Source of the DNA: Candidatus Saccharimonadales bacterium
GTDB lineage: Bacteria > Patescibacteriota > Saccharimonadia > Saccharimonadales > UBA10212
Direction of reading: 5' to 3'
DNA length: 64,000 nt
Assembly (NCBI GenBank): GCA_049521895.1
Contig: JBEKOJ010000001.1
Span: 482,717-546,716, forward strand
Part shown: one piece after another, positions 24,599-33,357 of the stretch
How the letters are laid out: each line of letters opens with the position of its first letter
How positions within the stretch are numbered: position 1 is the stretch's first letter
Program-made: the position numbers and the translations under genes
Notes under the pieces: model-generated
Databases searched by the model: none
What the model was told of the DNA's origin: nothing
The model's input: the letters and a program-made list of their open reading frames with translations, nothing else

Positions 24599-25300
24599 GT
24601 GAGTCAAATTATGGATAAGCGGTTTTTGGCGATATTGGCGGGTATTGTAATTATTTTCGGTGTGGTTTTTGCGGCCAGCCAGCATTCTAGCAACACTTCA
24701 GGCAACTCAAATACTAGCAATGCGCAGCCAACCAGTCATATTGAAGGCCAAGGCAGCACTAGTGTAAAGCTGGTGGAGTACGGCGATTACGAGTGCCCGG
24801 TCTGCAGCCTTTACTACCCTGTTGTCAAACAGGTGGCGGCGCAATTTAACAGCCAGGTTTACTTTCAATTCAGGAATCTGCCGCTGACCAGCCTCCACAA
24901 AAACGCTTTCGCCGCGGCCAGGGCGGCTGAAGCCGCTAGTCTTCAAGGTAAGTTTTGGCAGATGCACGACGAGCTATACAGTAACCAGGACCCAACCGGG
25001 CAAAGCGGCTGGGTGGCCAGCGACAACCCGTTGACTTATTTCACTGCCTTTGTCCAACAAATCGGGCTGAATATTAACCAGTTCAAAACCGACTACGCCA
25101 GCGACAAAGTCAATAACGCCATCAATGCTGACCTGGCAGCCTTTGCCAAAACCGGCCAGCAAGAAGCCACTCCGACCTACTTCTTGGACGGCAAATACAT
25201 TCCCAATACCGAGCTGGCGGATCCGACTACCGGCGAGCCTAGCGCATCGCTGTTTGCCAAAGTCATCAACGCTGAAATTACCGCCAAAACCCGGCAGTGA
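24599..25300 (+). CDS. DsbA-family thiol:disulfide oxidoreductase, membrane-anchored
   Basis: Contains the CxxC motif YGDYECPVCSLYY and an N-terminal TM helix. An alternative start is ATG 24611. Confidence 0.8.
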   Translation: MSQIMDKRFLAILAGIVIIFGVVFAASQHSSNTSGNSNTSNAQPTSHIEGQGSTSVKLVEYGDYECPVCSLYYPVVKQVAAQFNSQVYFQFRNLPLTSLHKNAFAAARAAEAASLQGKFWQMHDELYSNQDPTGQSGWVASDNPLTYFTAFVQQIGLNINQFKTDYASDKVNNAINADLAAFAKTGQQEATPTYFLDGKYIPNTELADPTTGEPSASLFAKVINAEITAKTRQ

Positions 25301-25539
25301 GACTTTGAGAGCATCATGTTCTACGTGTATGTACTAGAGAATGGTACGGAGCGCTACAAGTGTCGGCCGAAGGTCATTGAATCGTATGTTAAGCAGCTAT
25401 AACCTAACCCTTGGTTCGTTTGGCACTCAAAGCTCTACTGCCGGGAAACAAAGCCGCTAGTTAATCGGCTCCCAACCCGGTTGTGTTAAAGGGTGGCAAG
25501 CTATACCATAGTGCTTAAGGAAATACCAAAAAGCTTGCG

Positions 25540-26925
25540 ATGCCCAAAGCTAAAAAAGATTTTATAGAGAAAATAGAAAAAATTGCCGAAACGCCGGCAG
25601 TGGAGGCAATTGATACCACAATCGTCAAGACCGAGCAGATAGTCGCAGGTTTGCCCCAGTCCAGACCGGTCAAAAAAACCCGCAAGTACTGGAATATTTT
25701 GGGACCGGGGTTAACCACTGGCGCGTCCGACGATGACCCATCCGGCATTGCGACTTATTCGCAAACCGGTGCCCAGTACGGCTTCCAGCTGCTGTGGCTG
25801 GCGCCATTGACTTTTCCGGTCATGGCCTTGGTGCAAGAAATGTGCGCCCGCATTGGCATTGTGACCGGCCGCGGTTTGGCCAGTAATATCCGGGCACATT
25901 TTTCCAAAAAGGTACTTTACCTATGTACGCTACTGTTGTTTGCCGCTAATACCTTTAATCTTGGCGCCGACCTAGGGGCAATGGCTAAAGCCGTTCAGCT
26001 GTTGAACCACGGCGTGAACTTCAGCCTGATAGTAGTTGGTTTTGCCTTACTCTGCGTGCTGCTGCAAATCTTTCTGCCCTATGCCCGTTACGCCCGCTAT
26101 CTTAAATGGCTGGCGCTAATACTTCTGGCTTACGTGGCCTCGGCAATTATGGCCCACCTGCACTGGAGCAACGTCCTGCACCACTCTTATACCCCGTCTA
26201 TTAAATGGTCCAAAGACCAGCTGCTTTTGATTTGCGCGATTTTGGGTACGACTATCTCGCCTTACCTGTTTTTCTGGCAGACTTCGCAAGAAGTTGAGGA
26301 ACAGATAGAAGAAGGCCGCACGACCATTGCTTCGCGGCAGAATTCCAGCCCGGAAGAGATTCACTCCATGCGGGTGGATGTCTGGAGCGGTATGTTCCTT
26401 TCCAATGTGGTGATGTTTTTCATCATCGCCGCCTGCGGCGCGATTTTATTCCCCAAGGGCATAACGCACATCAACACCGCGGCACAGGCGGCCGAGGCCC
26501 TGCGGCCGTTTGCCGGCAACGCCACCTACTGGCTTTTTGCTATCGGTATCATCGGCACGGGTTTGCTGGCTATTCCGGTATTGGCTGGTTCTTCCAGCTA
26601 CGCCGTCGCTGAGAGCTTTAAGTGGCGTGAGGGGCTGTACCGCAAGTTCAAACAAGCCCACGCTTTTTATGGCACTTTGGTAGTTTCGGTTCTCGTGGGT
26701 TTATCGCTTAATTTTCTGGGTATCGACCCGATCAAGGCGCTGATTTATGCAGCGGTCGCTAACGGAATAGTAGCTCCAATAGTGCTGACTTTGATAGTTA
26801 TCATCAGCAGCAATAAGCATGTTATGGGCGACTGGGTTAACAAGCGCCCTACCACGTGGCTGGGCTGGGCGGTAACTAGCTTGATGGCTGTATCTGGCAT
26901 AGCCGCGATTTACTCGTTGTTTTAA
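25540..26925 (+). CDS. mntH: NRAMP-family divalent metal transporter
   Basis: GPGLTTGASDDDPSGIATYSQTGAQYGFQLLW and about 11 TM helices. Confidence 0.85.
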   Translation: MPKAKKDFIEKIEKIAETPAVEAIDTTIVKTEQIVAGLPQSRPVKKTRKYWNILGPGLTTGASDDDPSGIATYSQTGAQYGFQLLWLAPLTFPVMALVQEMCARIGIVTGRGLASNIRAHFSKKVLYLCTLLLFAANTFNLGADLGAMAKAVQLLNHGVNFSLIVVGFALLCVLLQIFLPYARYARYLKWLALILLAYVASAIMAHLHWSNVLHHSYTPSIKWSKDQLLLICAILGTTISPYLFFWQTSQEVEEQIEEGRTTIASRQNSSPEEIHSMRVDVWSGMFLSNVVMFFIIAACGAILFPKGITHINTAAQAAEALRPFAGNATYWLFAIGIIGTGLLAIPVLAGSSSYAVAESFKWREGLYRKFKQAHAFYGTLVVSVLVGLSLNFLGIDPIKALIYAAVANGIVAPIVLTLIVIISSNKHVMGDWVNKRPTTWLGWAVTSLMAVSGIAAIYSLF

Positions 26926-26936
26926 GACTTTATATA

Positions 26937-26958
26937 AATACTTAACAAGCTAAGTATT
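26937..26958. repeat. 22-bp palindrome family copy (AATACTTAAC-AA-GCTAAGTATT)
   Basis: Located 12 nt 3' of the NRAMP stop. Confidence 0.75.
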
Positions 26959-27187
26959 TCCTACACCTTTTAGCTTGAGAGCTTTCGGGGTAGAATTGAA
27001 TAAGATGAAACGATACTTACGGCCTCTGCGTTTAGATGCAACGCAAGGCGCCAGTGAGGAACGGAGTGAAATGTATTTAACATACATTGAAAGAGTACCG
27101 CAGCTGGCAACGCCGCGGTGCGCTATAAGCGCTTGCGGCGTTTTCGGCTTGGCCGGAAAGCAGGCCAGCGCGGCGCAGAGGCTGTAG

Positions 27188-28945
27188 ATGGATACCGTTT
27201 TCTCGGGCTTAAGCCTGATAATCGTCATCGGTGCGCTGATGGCACTGGTGATGCGTCTAATCAACCAACCGCTGATTATCGGGCACATCCTAACCGGTAT
27301 TATCGTCGGTCCGGCGGTACTGCATGTGGCCAAATCACCTGATACGCTGGCGCTATTTTCTGACTTGGGCATTGCCCTCTTGCTATTTATTATCGGTTTG
27401 GGACTAAACCCGCAGATTGTGCGCGAGGTGAGCCGTACCGCGGCATATGTCGGCGTTGTACAAGTTAGCGTAATTACGGTCCTGGGCTGGGCAGCTGGCC
27501 ACACACTCGGCCTATCTAATACATCGGCGGCATTTTTGGGCGCCAGCCTAGCCGTTTCCAGTACCATAATTATTTTAAAAATACTTAGTGATAAGCATGA
27601 ACAGGCGAGGTTATACGGTAAAATCGCTATAAGCGTGTCGCTGGTGCAAGACATGATCGCCATCGTACTGGTGGTGATTACCTCGGCCGGCAACAGCAGA
27701 TTTCTGGCTATTGGCTCCACTTTAGAGTTAGCCTTTAAGGGGGCTGTGCTGGGCCTGTTGATCTACTGGGTAAGCGCCCGATTGCTGCCGCAGTTTCATA
27801 AACTCATCTCCGGTAGCCAGGAATTTTTGTTTTTATTCGCCATCGCCTGGGGTTTGGGCAGCGCCGCGCTGTTCGCTAAGATCGGCCTTAGCTCGGAAAT
27901 CGGCGCGCTGCTAGCCGGCATCTGCCTGGCTTCACAACCATACTCCCAAGAGATTGCCTCGCGTCTGCGGCCACTGCGCGACTTTTTCGTGATAGTCTTT
28001 TTCATAACTTTAGGAGCCAATCTCAGCCTGCACCATATCGGTTCGATGCTGGCGGTTATCGTGGTTTCAGTCCTGATCGCCGCGGTCGCTAAACCGTTGG
28101 TCGCTATGGTGGTGATGGGCTATTTGGGCTACACCAAACGCACGAGTTTTAAAACTTCGGTGGCGCTCGCCCAGGTCAGTGAGTTTTCTATCGTACTGGT
28201 GCTACTAGGCGAGAAGCGCGGTCTGATCGGCGCCAACCTGGTCACAGCCATAACTTTTGTGGCCCTGGCATCCATCGCCGCCTCGTCCTACTTGATAATT
28301 TTCAGCGATAAAATTTTTAACGTACTAGAAAAATACCTGGGCCTTTTTGAACGCAGGCAAACCCATGGCGAAGCGGTCGCCCGGCGAGCCTACGAGCTGA
28401 TTCTGTTTGGCTATCAAAAAGGCGGACAAGAGTTTGTGCAGCTATTCAAACAAATGAAGCAAAGCTATTTGGTGGTTGATTATGACCCTGAAGTCATTGA
28501 CGTACTGGAGCACCATAAAATCAACCATCTTTACGGCGATGTTACCGATATGGAGCTGCTGGAAGAGGCCGGGGTCGCCAAGGCTAAATTGATCGTCTGC
28601 ACCATTACTGACTTTGACAGCAGCTCGTTTTTGCTGCAGTACCTGGAACGTAAAAATTCGCAGGCGGTGGTAATTGTGGAAGCCGAAAGCCCCAAACAGG
28701 CTACCGAGCTTTACGAGCGTGGCGCCAGCTACGTGACTTTGCCGCACTACATCGGTAGTGAACAAATCAGCGCCTTCGTCAGAAAATCAGGCTTGCAAAA
28801 ATCCGCCTTTAAAAAAGAGCGTACCAAACATCTTAGGGCGCTGGAACGCCAGTTGCGCCAGATGGAAAAAGGCAATGAGCAGGAAAAGAAACTCGGCCAA
28901 GCTATTATTGAGGGCGTGGCCAGCTTAACCAAAGCCAAGCCCTAA
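27188..28945 (+). CDS. Kef-type cation:proton antiporter (CPA2) with an RCK/TrkA-N domain
   Basis: 585 aa with an N-terminal about 12-TM domain (PLIIGHILTGIIVGPAVL) and a C-terminal Rossmann-like domain (LILFGYQKGGQEF...DYDPE). Confidence 0.85.
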   Translation: MDTVFSGLSLIIVIGALMALVMRLINQPLIIGHILTGIIVGPAVLHVAKSPDTLALFSDLGIALLLFIIGLGLNPQIVREVSRTAAYVGVVQVSVITVLGWAAGHTLGLSNTSAAFLGASLAVSSTIIILKILSDKHEQARLYGKIAISVSLVQDMIAIVLVVITSAGNSRFLAIGSTLELAFKGAVLGLLIYWVSARLLPQFHKLISGSQEFLFLFAIAWGLGSAALFAKIGLSSEIGALLAGICLASQPYSQEIASRLRPLRDFFVIVFFITLGANLSLHHIGSMLAVIVVSVLIAAVAKPLVAMVVMGYLGYTKRTSFKTSVALAQVSEFSIVLVLLGEKRGLIGANLVTAITFVALASIAASSYLIIFSDKIFNVLEKYLGLFERRQTHGEAVARRAYELILFGYQKGGQEFVQLFKQMKQSYLVVDYDPEVIDVLEHHKINHLYGDVTDMELLEEAGVAKAKLIVCTITDFDSSSFLLQYLERKNSQAVVIVEAESPKQATELYERGASYVTLPHYIGSEQISAFVRKSGLQKSAFKKERTKHLRALERQLRQMEKGNEQEKKLGQAIIEGVASLTKAKP

Positions 28946-28987
28946 CTCCGCGTCACGCCAGTCTGTCGTCCAACGGAGCCGGATCTG

Positions 28988-29082
28988 AATACTTAACTTG
29001 CCTGCCCCGCATTAAATCCTGAGCGTAGTAGTCTGTAATCAGATTACAGAGCATCAAGATTTTAGTGTCGGGGTTAAGTATT
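28988..29082. repeat. Split copy of the palindrome family enclosing a 75-nt insert
   Basis: AATACTTAAC (28988-28997) and GTTAAGTATT (29073-29082) flank an insert that contains the nested 19-bp palindrome TCTGTAATCAGATTACAGA (29032-29050). Confidence 0.65.
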
Positions 29083-29611
29083 TATGCTGCTTGTGATTTG
29101 CAGGCAGTTTAGAGCTGAGTTTCATCGCCAGCGCGTAGGCTCCGAATAAACTTGCAGTGTAGATTAAGTCGCTAAGCGCGGTGTTGCGGAAAAACGGCAA
29201 AGCCATGCTATAGCAGAGCGCCAAACCGCTCCAAGTGTGGGTGTACATATTGCCCCACAGCCAGACTGCAAAGTTGGTCACGAAAAAGAAAAACAGCGAC
29301 GCAGAGATTGTTAAAGATGCTCCCCGTAAAACACTTGGCTTTCTTAACCAATAGCTGCTAGCTAGGGCAATCAATATGTAACAACCCCAGGTAACAGGCA
29401 TGATATTGTAAAAACCAATGACCAAGTCAGATAGTGCCATGGCTACAAACGGCACCCAAAGCGCTAGCCGGCGAGGCAAAATTGCCCCGCCAAAAATGGC
29501 TACGGCCGCCACCGGTGCAAAATTAGCCGGATGTGGCAGCAGTCTGAGTCCTACGGCTAATAATATAAGGCTGATGGCTATAGCCAGGTTAAGAGTGGAC
29601 CTTTTTATCAT
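29054..29611 (-). CDS. Polytopic membrane protein (DUF6580-like; possible vitamin/cobalamin-related transporter component)
   Basis: LPHPANFAPVAAVAIFGGAILP and 5-6 TM helices. ATG 29611 overlaps the upstream stop (ATGA). Confidence 0.55.
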   Translation of the reverse strand: MIKRSTLNLAIAISLILLAVGLRLLPHPANFAPVAAVAIFGGAILPRRLALWVPFVAMALSDLVIGFYNIMPVTWGCYILIALASSYWLRKPSVLRGASLTISASLFFFFVTNFAVWLWGNMYTHTWSGLALCYSMALPFFRNTALSDLIYTASLFGAYALAMKLSSKLPANHKQHKYLTPTLKS

Positions 29612-29985
29612 TGCAGTTTCCAATCCAAGATATCAGAATTCTTGGTGATATACGCACCGGCGCCAACGGAGGCTTCTTTGCCGTTGATGTAGAACGTCCA
29701 GTACTTGGGGCCATTACCAGCTATCCCGTTGATGGAAACTACGAAATCTCCGAATGAATAGTGTTTAGTCTGTACCTGGGCATGTTGTTTCAGTAAGGTC
29801 AAAGCGTCTTTGCCATTTTCGCCTTTGTAGCTGATTTCAGTAGTTTGGCTTTGAGAATTTTTTATCACGTGGACTTGGTCGGGGTTAACCCCGTGCGACC
29901 AAATGGCCACGCCAGCGCCGAATACCAGGATAAACGCTGGAAGTATTAATATTTTTGCTTTGATTTGTTGAGCTACTCGGCTCAT
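29608..29985 (-). CDS. DUF4430-like secreted or anchored protein
   Basis: GKDALTLLKQHAQVQTKHYSFGDFVVSINGIAGNGPKYWTFYINGK. GGGAGG precedes ATG 29985, so I discount the track's TTG start at 30009. Confidence 0.65.
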   Translation of the reverse strand: MSRVAQQIKAKILILPAFILVFGAGVAIWSHGVNPDQVHVIKNSQSQTTEISYKGENGKDALTLLKQHAQVQTKHYSFGDFVVSINGIAGNGPKYWTFYINGKEASVGAGAYITKNSDILDWKLQ

Positions 29986-30009
29986 AAAAAACCTCCCTGT
30001 TTCAAGCAA

Positions 30010-30330
30010 GGAGGCTAAAATACGGTTTTGTCCTGTCTTGCTCGAGACATTTATTTAAAGTCTGCTGTATCGGACTCAGCCTCCGCTATCGCGGAGGTTT
30101 TAACACTTATCATTTTTCATTTGGCATTTATCTCTCTTTGGTCATCTATCATTGCAGCTGCAATCTGGTAAATGTTACCTGGTAAATAAATGTAAATTGT
30201 TAAATGTAAAATGCTAAATCGCTCGCCTTTGGCGGGCGCTTTACCGTTGCGGCACAGTGTTGGCATCTCACCAACTTCCAGCAATCGTTTGTTAATGTTC
30301 CATCATGATAGACCGCCGGCCGCAGGCCGT
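30010..30330 (-). ncRNA. Candidate cobalamin riboswitch / long structured 5' leader
   Basis: The minus strand at 30279..30240 reads GGAAGTTGGTGAGATGCCAACACTGTGCCGCAACGGTAAA. This parallels the conserved cobalamin-riboswitch core GGAA-stem-GUG.GA-stem-CUG..CGCA.CGGUAA. I did not identify a clear B12 box. Confidence 0.45.
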
Positions 30331-30530
30331 CCAGTGTAATAAATACCGCGCCTAAAAATGTCTGGGTTTGACGCGTACCTCTGTTTTCCCATATAATTTA
30401 CCTGCTCTTACCCTTTTTAAATTCTAGGGAAAAGGAGTAGTGCTGGTTCCGTTTTGGCGGAAGCCGAATTTATTTCGGCAGGCACGATGAGGGAAAACCA
30501 TCGGTTGTCCTTCATAAGCGTTAGCGCTAT

Positions 30531-30605
30531 TCCGGAGTAGCTCAATGGTAGAGCAATCGACTGTTAATCGATTGGTTGCCGGTTCGAGTCCGGCCTCCGG
30601 AGCCA
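30531..30605 (+). tRNA. tRNA-Asn (anticodon GUU), CCA encoded
   Basis: Cloverleaf: acceptor TCCGGAG/CTCCGGA, anticodon stem ATCGA/TCGAT with loop CTGTTAA, T-arm GCCGG-TTCGAGT-CCGGC, discriminator G, then CCA. Confidence 0.95.
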
Positions 30606-32171
30606 TTGTGAGCGAACAGCCGAAAAAGCGGCTGTTTTCTCTTTAGAAGAGCTGAAATTGTTGGTTCTAACCTTGTTAAAAGCTCTTTCTAGCTTTGGAT
30701 ACTCATTTCGTATTGGCACGAACCATAAATTTGGCTCAATTGTCAGTTGTTTTTCTTTGAGAATGAAGCTACTACCGAGGGTAGTAAAGATATCCCTCCG
30801 CTCCTGCTTCCCACCTGCTTTAAAGGATTGGCGAGCGTGTGTGGCAAAATCAAAGGTATTTTCGGTTAGTTCTAACCATTTTTCGGCACGCTCTTCTGTA
30901 TCACGCAATTGTTCTTTTAGTCGGTTGATTTCTCCAACGAGCGTCTCACGCTGCTCAATATACTCATCATCGTTTATTAGCTCTCTTAGTCTTAGCTTTG
31001 TGAGTGTGTCTAGTTGCTTCTGCGTAGCAAGCAATGCTTTGGCTTGATTTTCGTGTATCACTGTTCTTTCACTGATTTCTTGGTCATTATTTTCTCTAAG
31101 CACGTCTAAAGCCCAGTCTCGGAACTCTGGGAGAATTGTAATGCTGGCTAGATGTTCGTCAATTTGTTTTTCTAGCTCTGTTTCTGTTACTGAGCCTTTT
31201 TGGGAACAGGGCTTCTTATGGGTGCAGTGATAATAGACGTATTCTCGGGTCTCACCAGTGCTTTTAATATATTTTTGCTTAACTTCTGCCGTTATAGTGC
31301 AGCCACACTCGCCGCAAACAATAGGTCCACGATAGGTCATTTCGTGTTTCTTGGGCCGTGGCTTGCCCTTACGACCTAGTATTTGCTGCACTCTATCATA
31401 TTCAGCTAGGGTTACCATTGGCTTATGGCTGCCCTGATGTAGTTGTCCTAGATACCTAATTTGGCCTGCATAGAAAGGATTAGTAAAAATTCCATACAAA
31501 GCCGAACGAGACAAAGGGCCGCCGCCTGTTTTGCGTGTTTTTCTTAATCTAAACCCTAAATCAAACTCTGCGATATCAAGTATTTCAGGAACAGAGTAAT
31601 TACCTGTTAGCATCAGGTCCCACATTTTTCTTACAATAGGGAAACGCTCAGGGTCAATAATTATAATCTTTGAACCTTTATCTCTGTCGGGAGTATTTAA
31701 ATAGCCCGTTGGGGCCCAGCCTGGCTTCCAGCCCAGCTGTATCTTTTTTTCATTTCCACGTTTTACATCTTTGCTTAATTTGGCCGAGAAATACTGCGAT
31801 TGAGACATTACCATTTGGAGCATCATCATACCCTCTGGCGAGTTATCAAAAGTGTAAGAGCCGAACTTTAAGTCCAAAATCTTGCCATTTCTTATTCTGT
31901 AAGTGATTGAGGCAGCGTCTATTTCATTCCTAGATAAACGGTCAGGGTGCCAAGAGATTATTCCGTGTGCTTCACCCTCATCTATTCTTTTCAGCATCTG
32001 CTCAAAAATCGGCCTGTTGTTTGGTGTAAATGCACTGGCACTCTCAGGCGGTAGCTCAATTATCTCTAAGTCTGAAAATATCTGTCGGGCGTTATCTATT
32101 TGGCTTTGCAGTGAAAGAACCTGACGCTCTTCCTCTTCTGAGGATTTTCTAGTGTAAAGAAAGTATTTCAT
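30564..32171 (-). CDS. Large serine recombinase (integrase)
   Basis: N-terminal resolvase domain YTRKSSEEEE...HPDRLSRN, a recombinase domain, and a Zn ribbon CGECGCTITAEV...YYHCTHKK with a coiled coil. The last 14 codons are antisense to the tRNA. Confidence 0.9.
   Translation of the reverse strand: MKYFLYTRKSSEEEERQVLSLQSQIDNARQIFSDLEIIELPPESASAFTPNNRPIFEQMLKRIDEGEAHGIISWHPDRLSRNEIDAASITYRIRNGKILDLKFGSYTFDNSPEGMMMLQMVMSQSQYFSAKLSKDVKRGNEKKIQLGWKPGWAPTGYLNTPDRDKGSKIIIIDPERFPIVRKMWDLMLTGNYSVPEILDIAEFDLGFRLRKTRKTGGGPLSRSALYGIFTNPFYAGQIRYLGQLHQGSHKPMVTLAEYDRVQQILGRKGKPRPKKHEMTYRGPIVCGECGCTITAEVKQKYIKSTGETREYVYYHCTHKKPCSQKGSVTETELEKQIDEHLASITILPEFRDWALDVLRENNDQEISERTVIHENQAKALLATQKQLDTLTKLRLRELINDDEYIEQRETLVGEINRLKEQLRDTEERAEKWLELTENTFDFATHARQSFKAGGKQERRDIFTTLGSSFILKEKQLTIEPNLWFVPIRNEYPKLERAFNKVRTNNFSSSKEKTAAFSAVRSQWLRRPDSNRQPID
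30579..30604. repeat. attL-like 26-bp direct repeat (tRNA 3' end)
   Basis: CCGGTTCGAGTCCGGCCTCCGGAGCC, identical to 44908-44933. Confidence 0.85.
30616..30640 (+). terminator. Intrinsic terminator after tRNA-Asn
   Basis: Stem ACAGCCG / CGGCTGT, loop AAAAAG, then TTTT. Confidence 0.6.
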
Positions 32172-32758
32172 AGTAATTTTCCGAGGTCAGCTTTATTATA
32201 CGCCCCAGAGGCCATCTCATACAGCTTGTAGAGTCTTAGTTGCTTTTTTGTAAGTCTACCTGCATAAGTTCGGCGTTTGATTGATGCTTGAAGTTCTTCA
32301 ATTTTTTGTTCGGTTTCTAATACTTTGAAAAGACCGCTCCATTTATAGGAACGGTTTTTATTTCTGCTTTCGTAAGTTAGGTCATAACAATGGCGGCAGC
32401 CAAAATGGTCCCCATCTTTGTATAGCTTACGAACTCGCCGTTCGCAGGACCTACCGTTTATAACGAGCGGGCATATAAACCACCATCGCTCACCACCCAG
32501 GTTGCAGGGCGTGGACTCCAACCTGACCTTATAATTAAAAGATTTCTTTTCTCCTGACCATCTGTCCGTCTGTTGATAGCTGAGGCTAAAATACGGAAAA
32601 TCATCAAATATATTTGCTGTAAAACTGACCGAACTTTTACTATCGCTAAACCCCGAAGTCCAGCTTAGTGTTCCGCTCATTATCCCTTTCAAATAGCCTT
32701 GCTGTTTGATGTAGCTAAGGTCAATACTCAACAGGTTGTCAGCTTCTGTTTTGCTCAT
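32168..32758 (-). CDS. Hypothetical Cys-rich (zinc-ribbon-like) protein coupled to the recombinase
   Basis: Contains CPLVINGRSCERR...GCRHCYDLTYESR. Its stop overlaps the recombinase ATG (ATGA). Confidence 0.5.
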   Translation of the reverse strand: MSKTEADNLLSIDLSYIKQQGYLKGIMSGTLSWTSGFSDSKSSVSFTANIFDDFPYFSLSYQQTDRWSGEKKSFNYKVRLESTPCNLGGERWWFICPLVINGRSCERRVRKLYKDGDHFGCRHCYDLTYESRNKNRSYKWSGLFKVLETEQKIEELQASIKRRTYAGRLTKKQLRLYKLYEMASGAYNKADLGKLL

Positions 32759-32823
32759 AGTGTTTCAATAATCTTCCGAAATCATTAGACATTGTTAGCC
32801 TTTTACTCTGTTGGGTTATTGCC

Positions 32824-33357
32824 TTATTTTTGCCCTTTTTCCGAAACGAACCCATTTTTCCTAGCCTCTTGTGCTTTCAAAAGCTCACGAATAGCTTTGA
32901 AGAGGTTACGTTCTATTTCTGTTTCATAACGAAGATAAATACCACCTAAAAGCTCAATGTCTGCTTCCTTAATCTTCGGCTCATAACCCTGATGTATTAT
33001 TTTTACTTCTGAAAGCGGCATTAGGTCCCAGTTGTTAGTCGTCTCGGTTTTTGTTGGGTCATTTATTTTCTTTAACTGTTCAGCTTCTGCGGCAACAACC
33101 CGCTGCAGTCGGACATACCAAATCGCAACTCTTTCAACTAACAGCTCTTCAAGAACAGTCGCTGGTTCATAATCAGTATGAAGCCTTGCCTTTATAAGGC
33201 TCGCTTGCTTTGCTTCTTCACCGCTGAGCAGCTCAGTTAAGATGTTATGCCTTACAGCGTTATACTTTGACTTTTCTTTTCCAGCTTCTGTTTTAACGCC
33301 ACCCTTCTTGCTGTTAATGCGGTTTGCCTCTAGCTGCTTATCGCTTACTTCAGCCAT
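32824..33357 (-). CDS. Hypothetical protein (177 aa)
   Basis: ORF in the island's minus-strand module, with a basic N-terminus QLEANRINSKKGGVKTEAGKEKSKYNAVRHN. Confidence 0.5.
   Translation of the reverse strand: MAEVSDKQLEANRINSKKGGVKTEAGKEKSKYNAVRHNILTELLSGEEAKQASLIKARLHTDYEPATVLEELLVERVAIWYVRLQRVVAAEAEQLKKINDPTKTETTNNWDLMPLSEVKIIHQGYEPKIKEADIELLGGIYLRYETEIERNLFKAIRELLKAQEARKNGFVSEKGQK

Noticed and set aside
25400-25540. Mn-sensing (yybP-ykoY) riboswitch upstream of the NRAMP transporter
   Set aside because: I could not find the conserved GGGGAGUAG or paired four-way-junction motifs in the 140-nt leader.
26950-27720. 256-aa minus-strand ORF spanning the NRAMP/Kef intergenic region and the Kef 5' end
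   Set aside because: It is antisense to a well-supported CPA2 antiporter gene. Its product is Cys/Ala/Pro-rich with no motif, which is typical of a GC-rich antisense frame.
30424-30606. 60-aa minus-strand ORF (…EPATNRLTVDCSTIELLRN…)
   Set aside because: This is the antisense translation of tRNA-Asn and its upstream region, not a gene.
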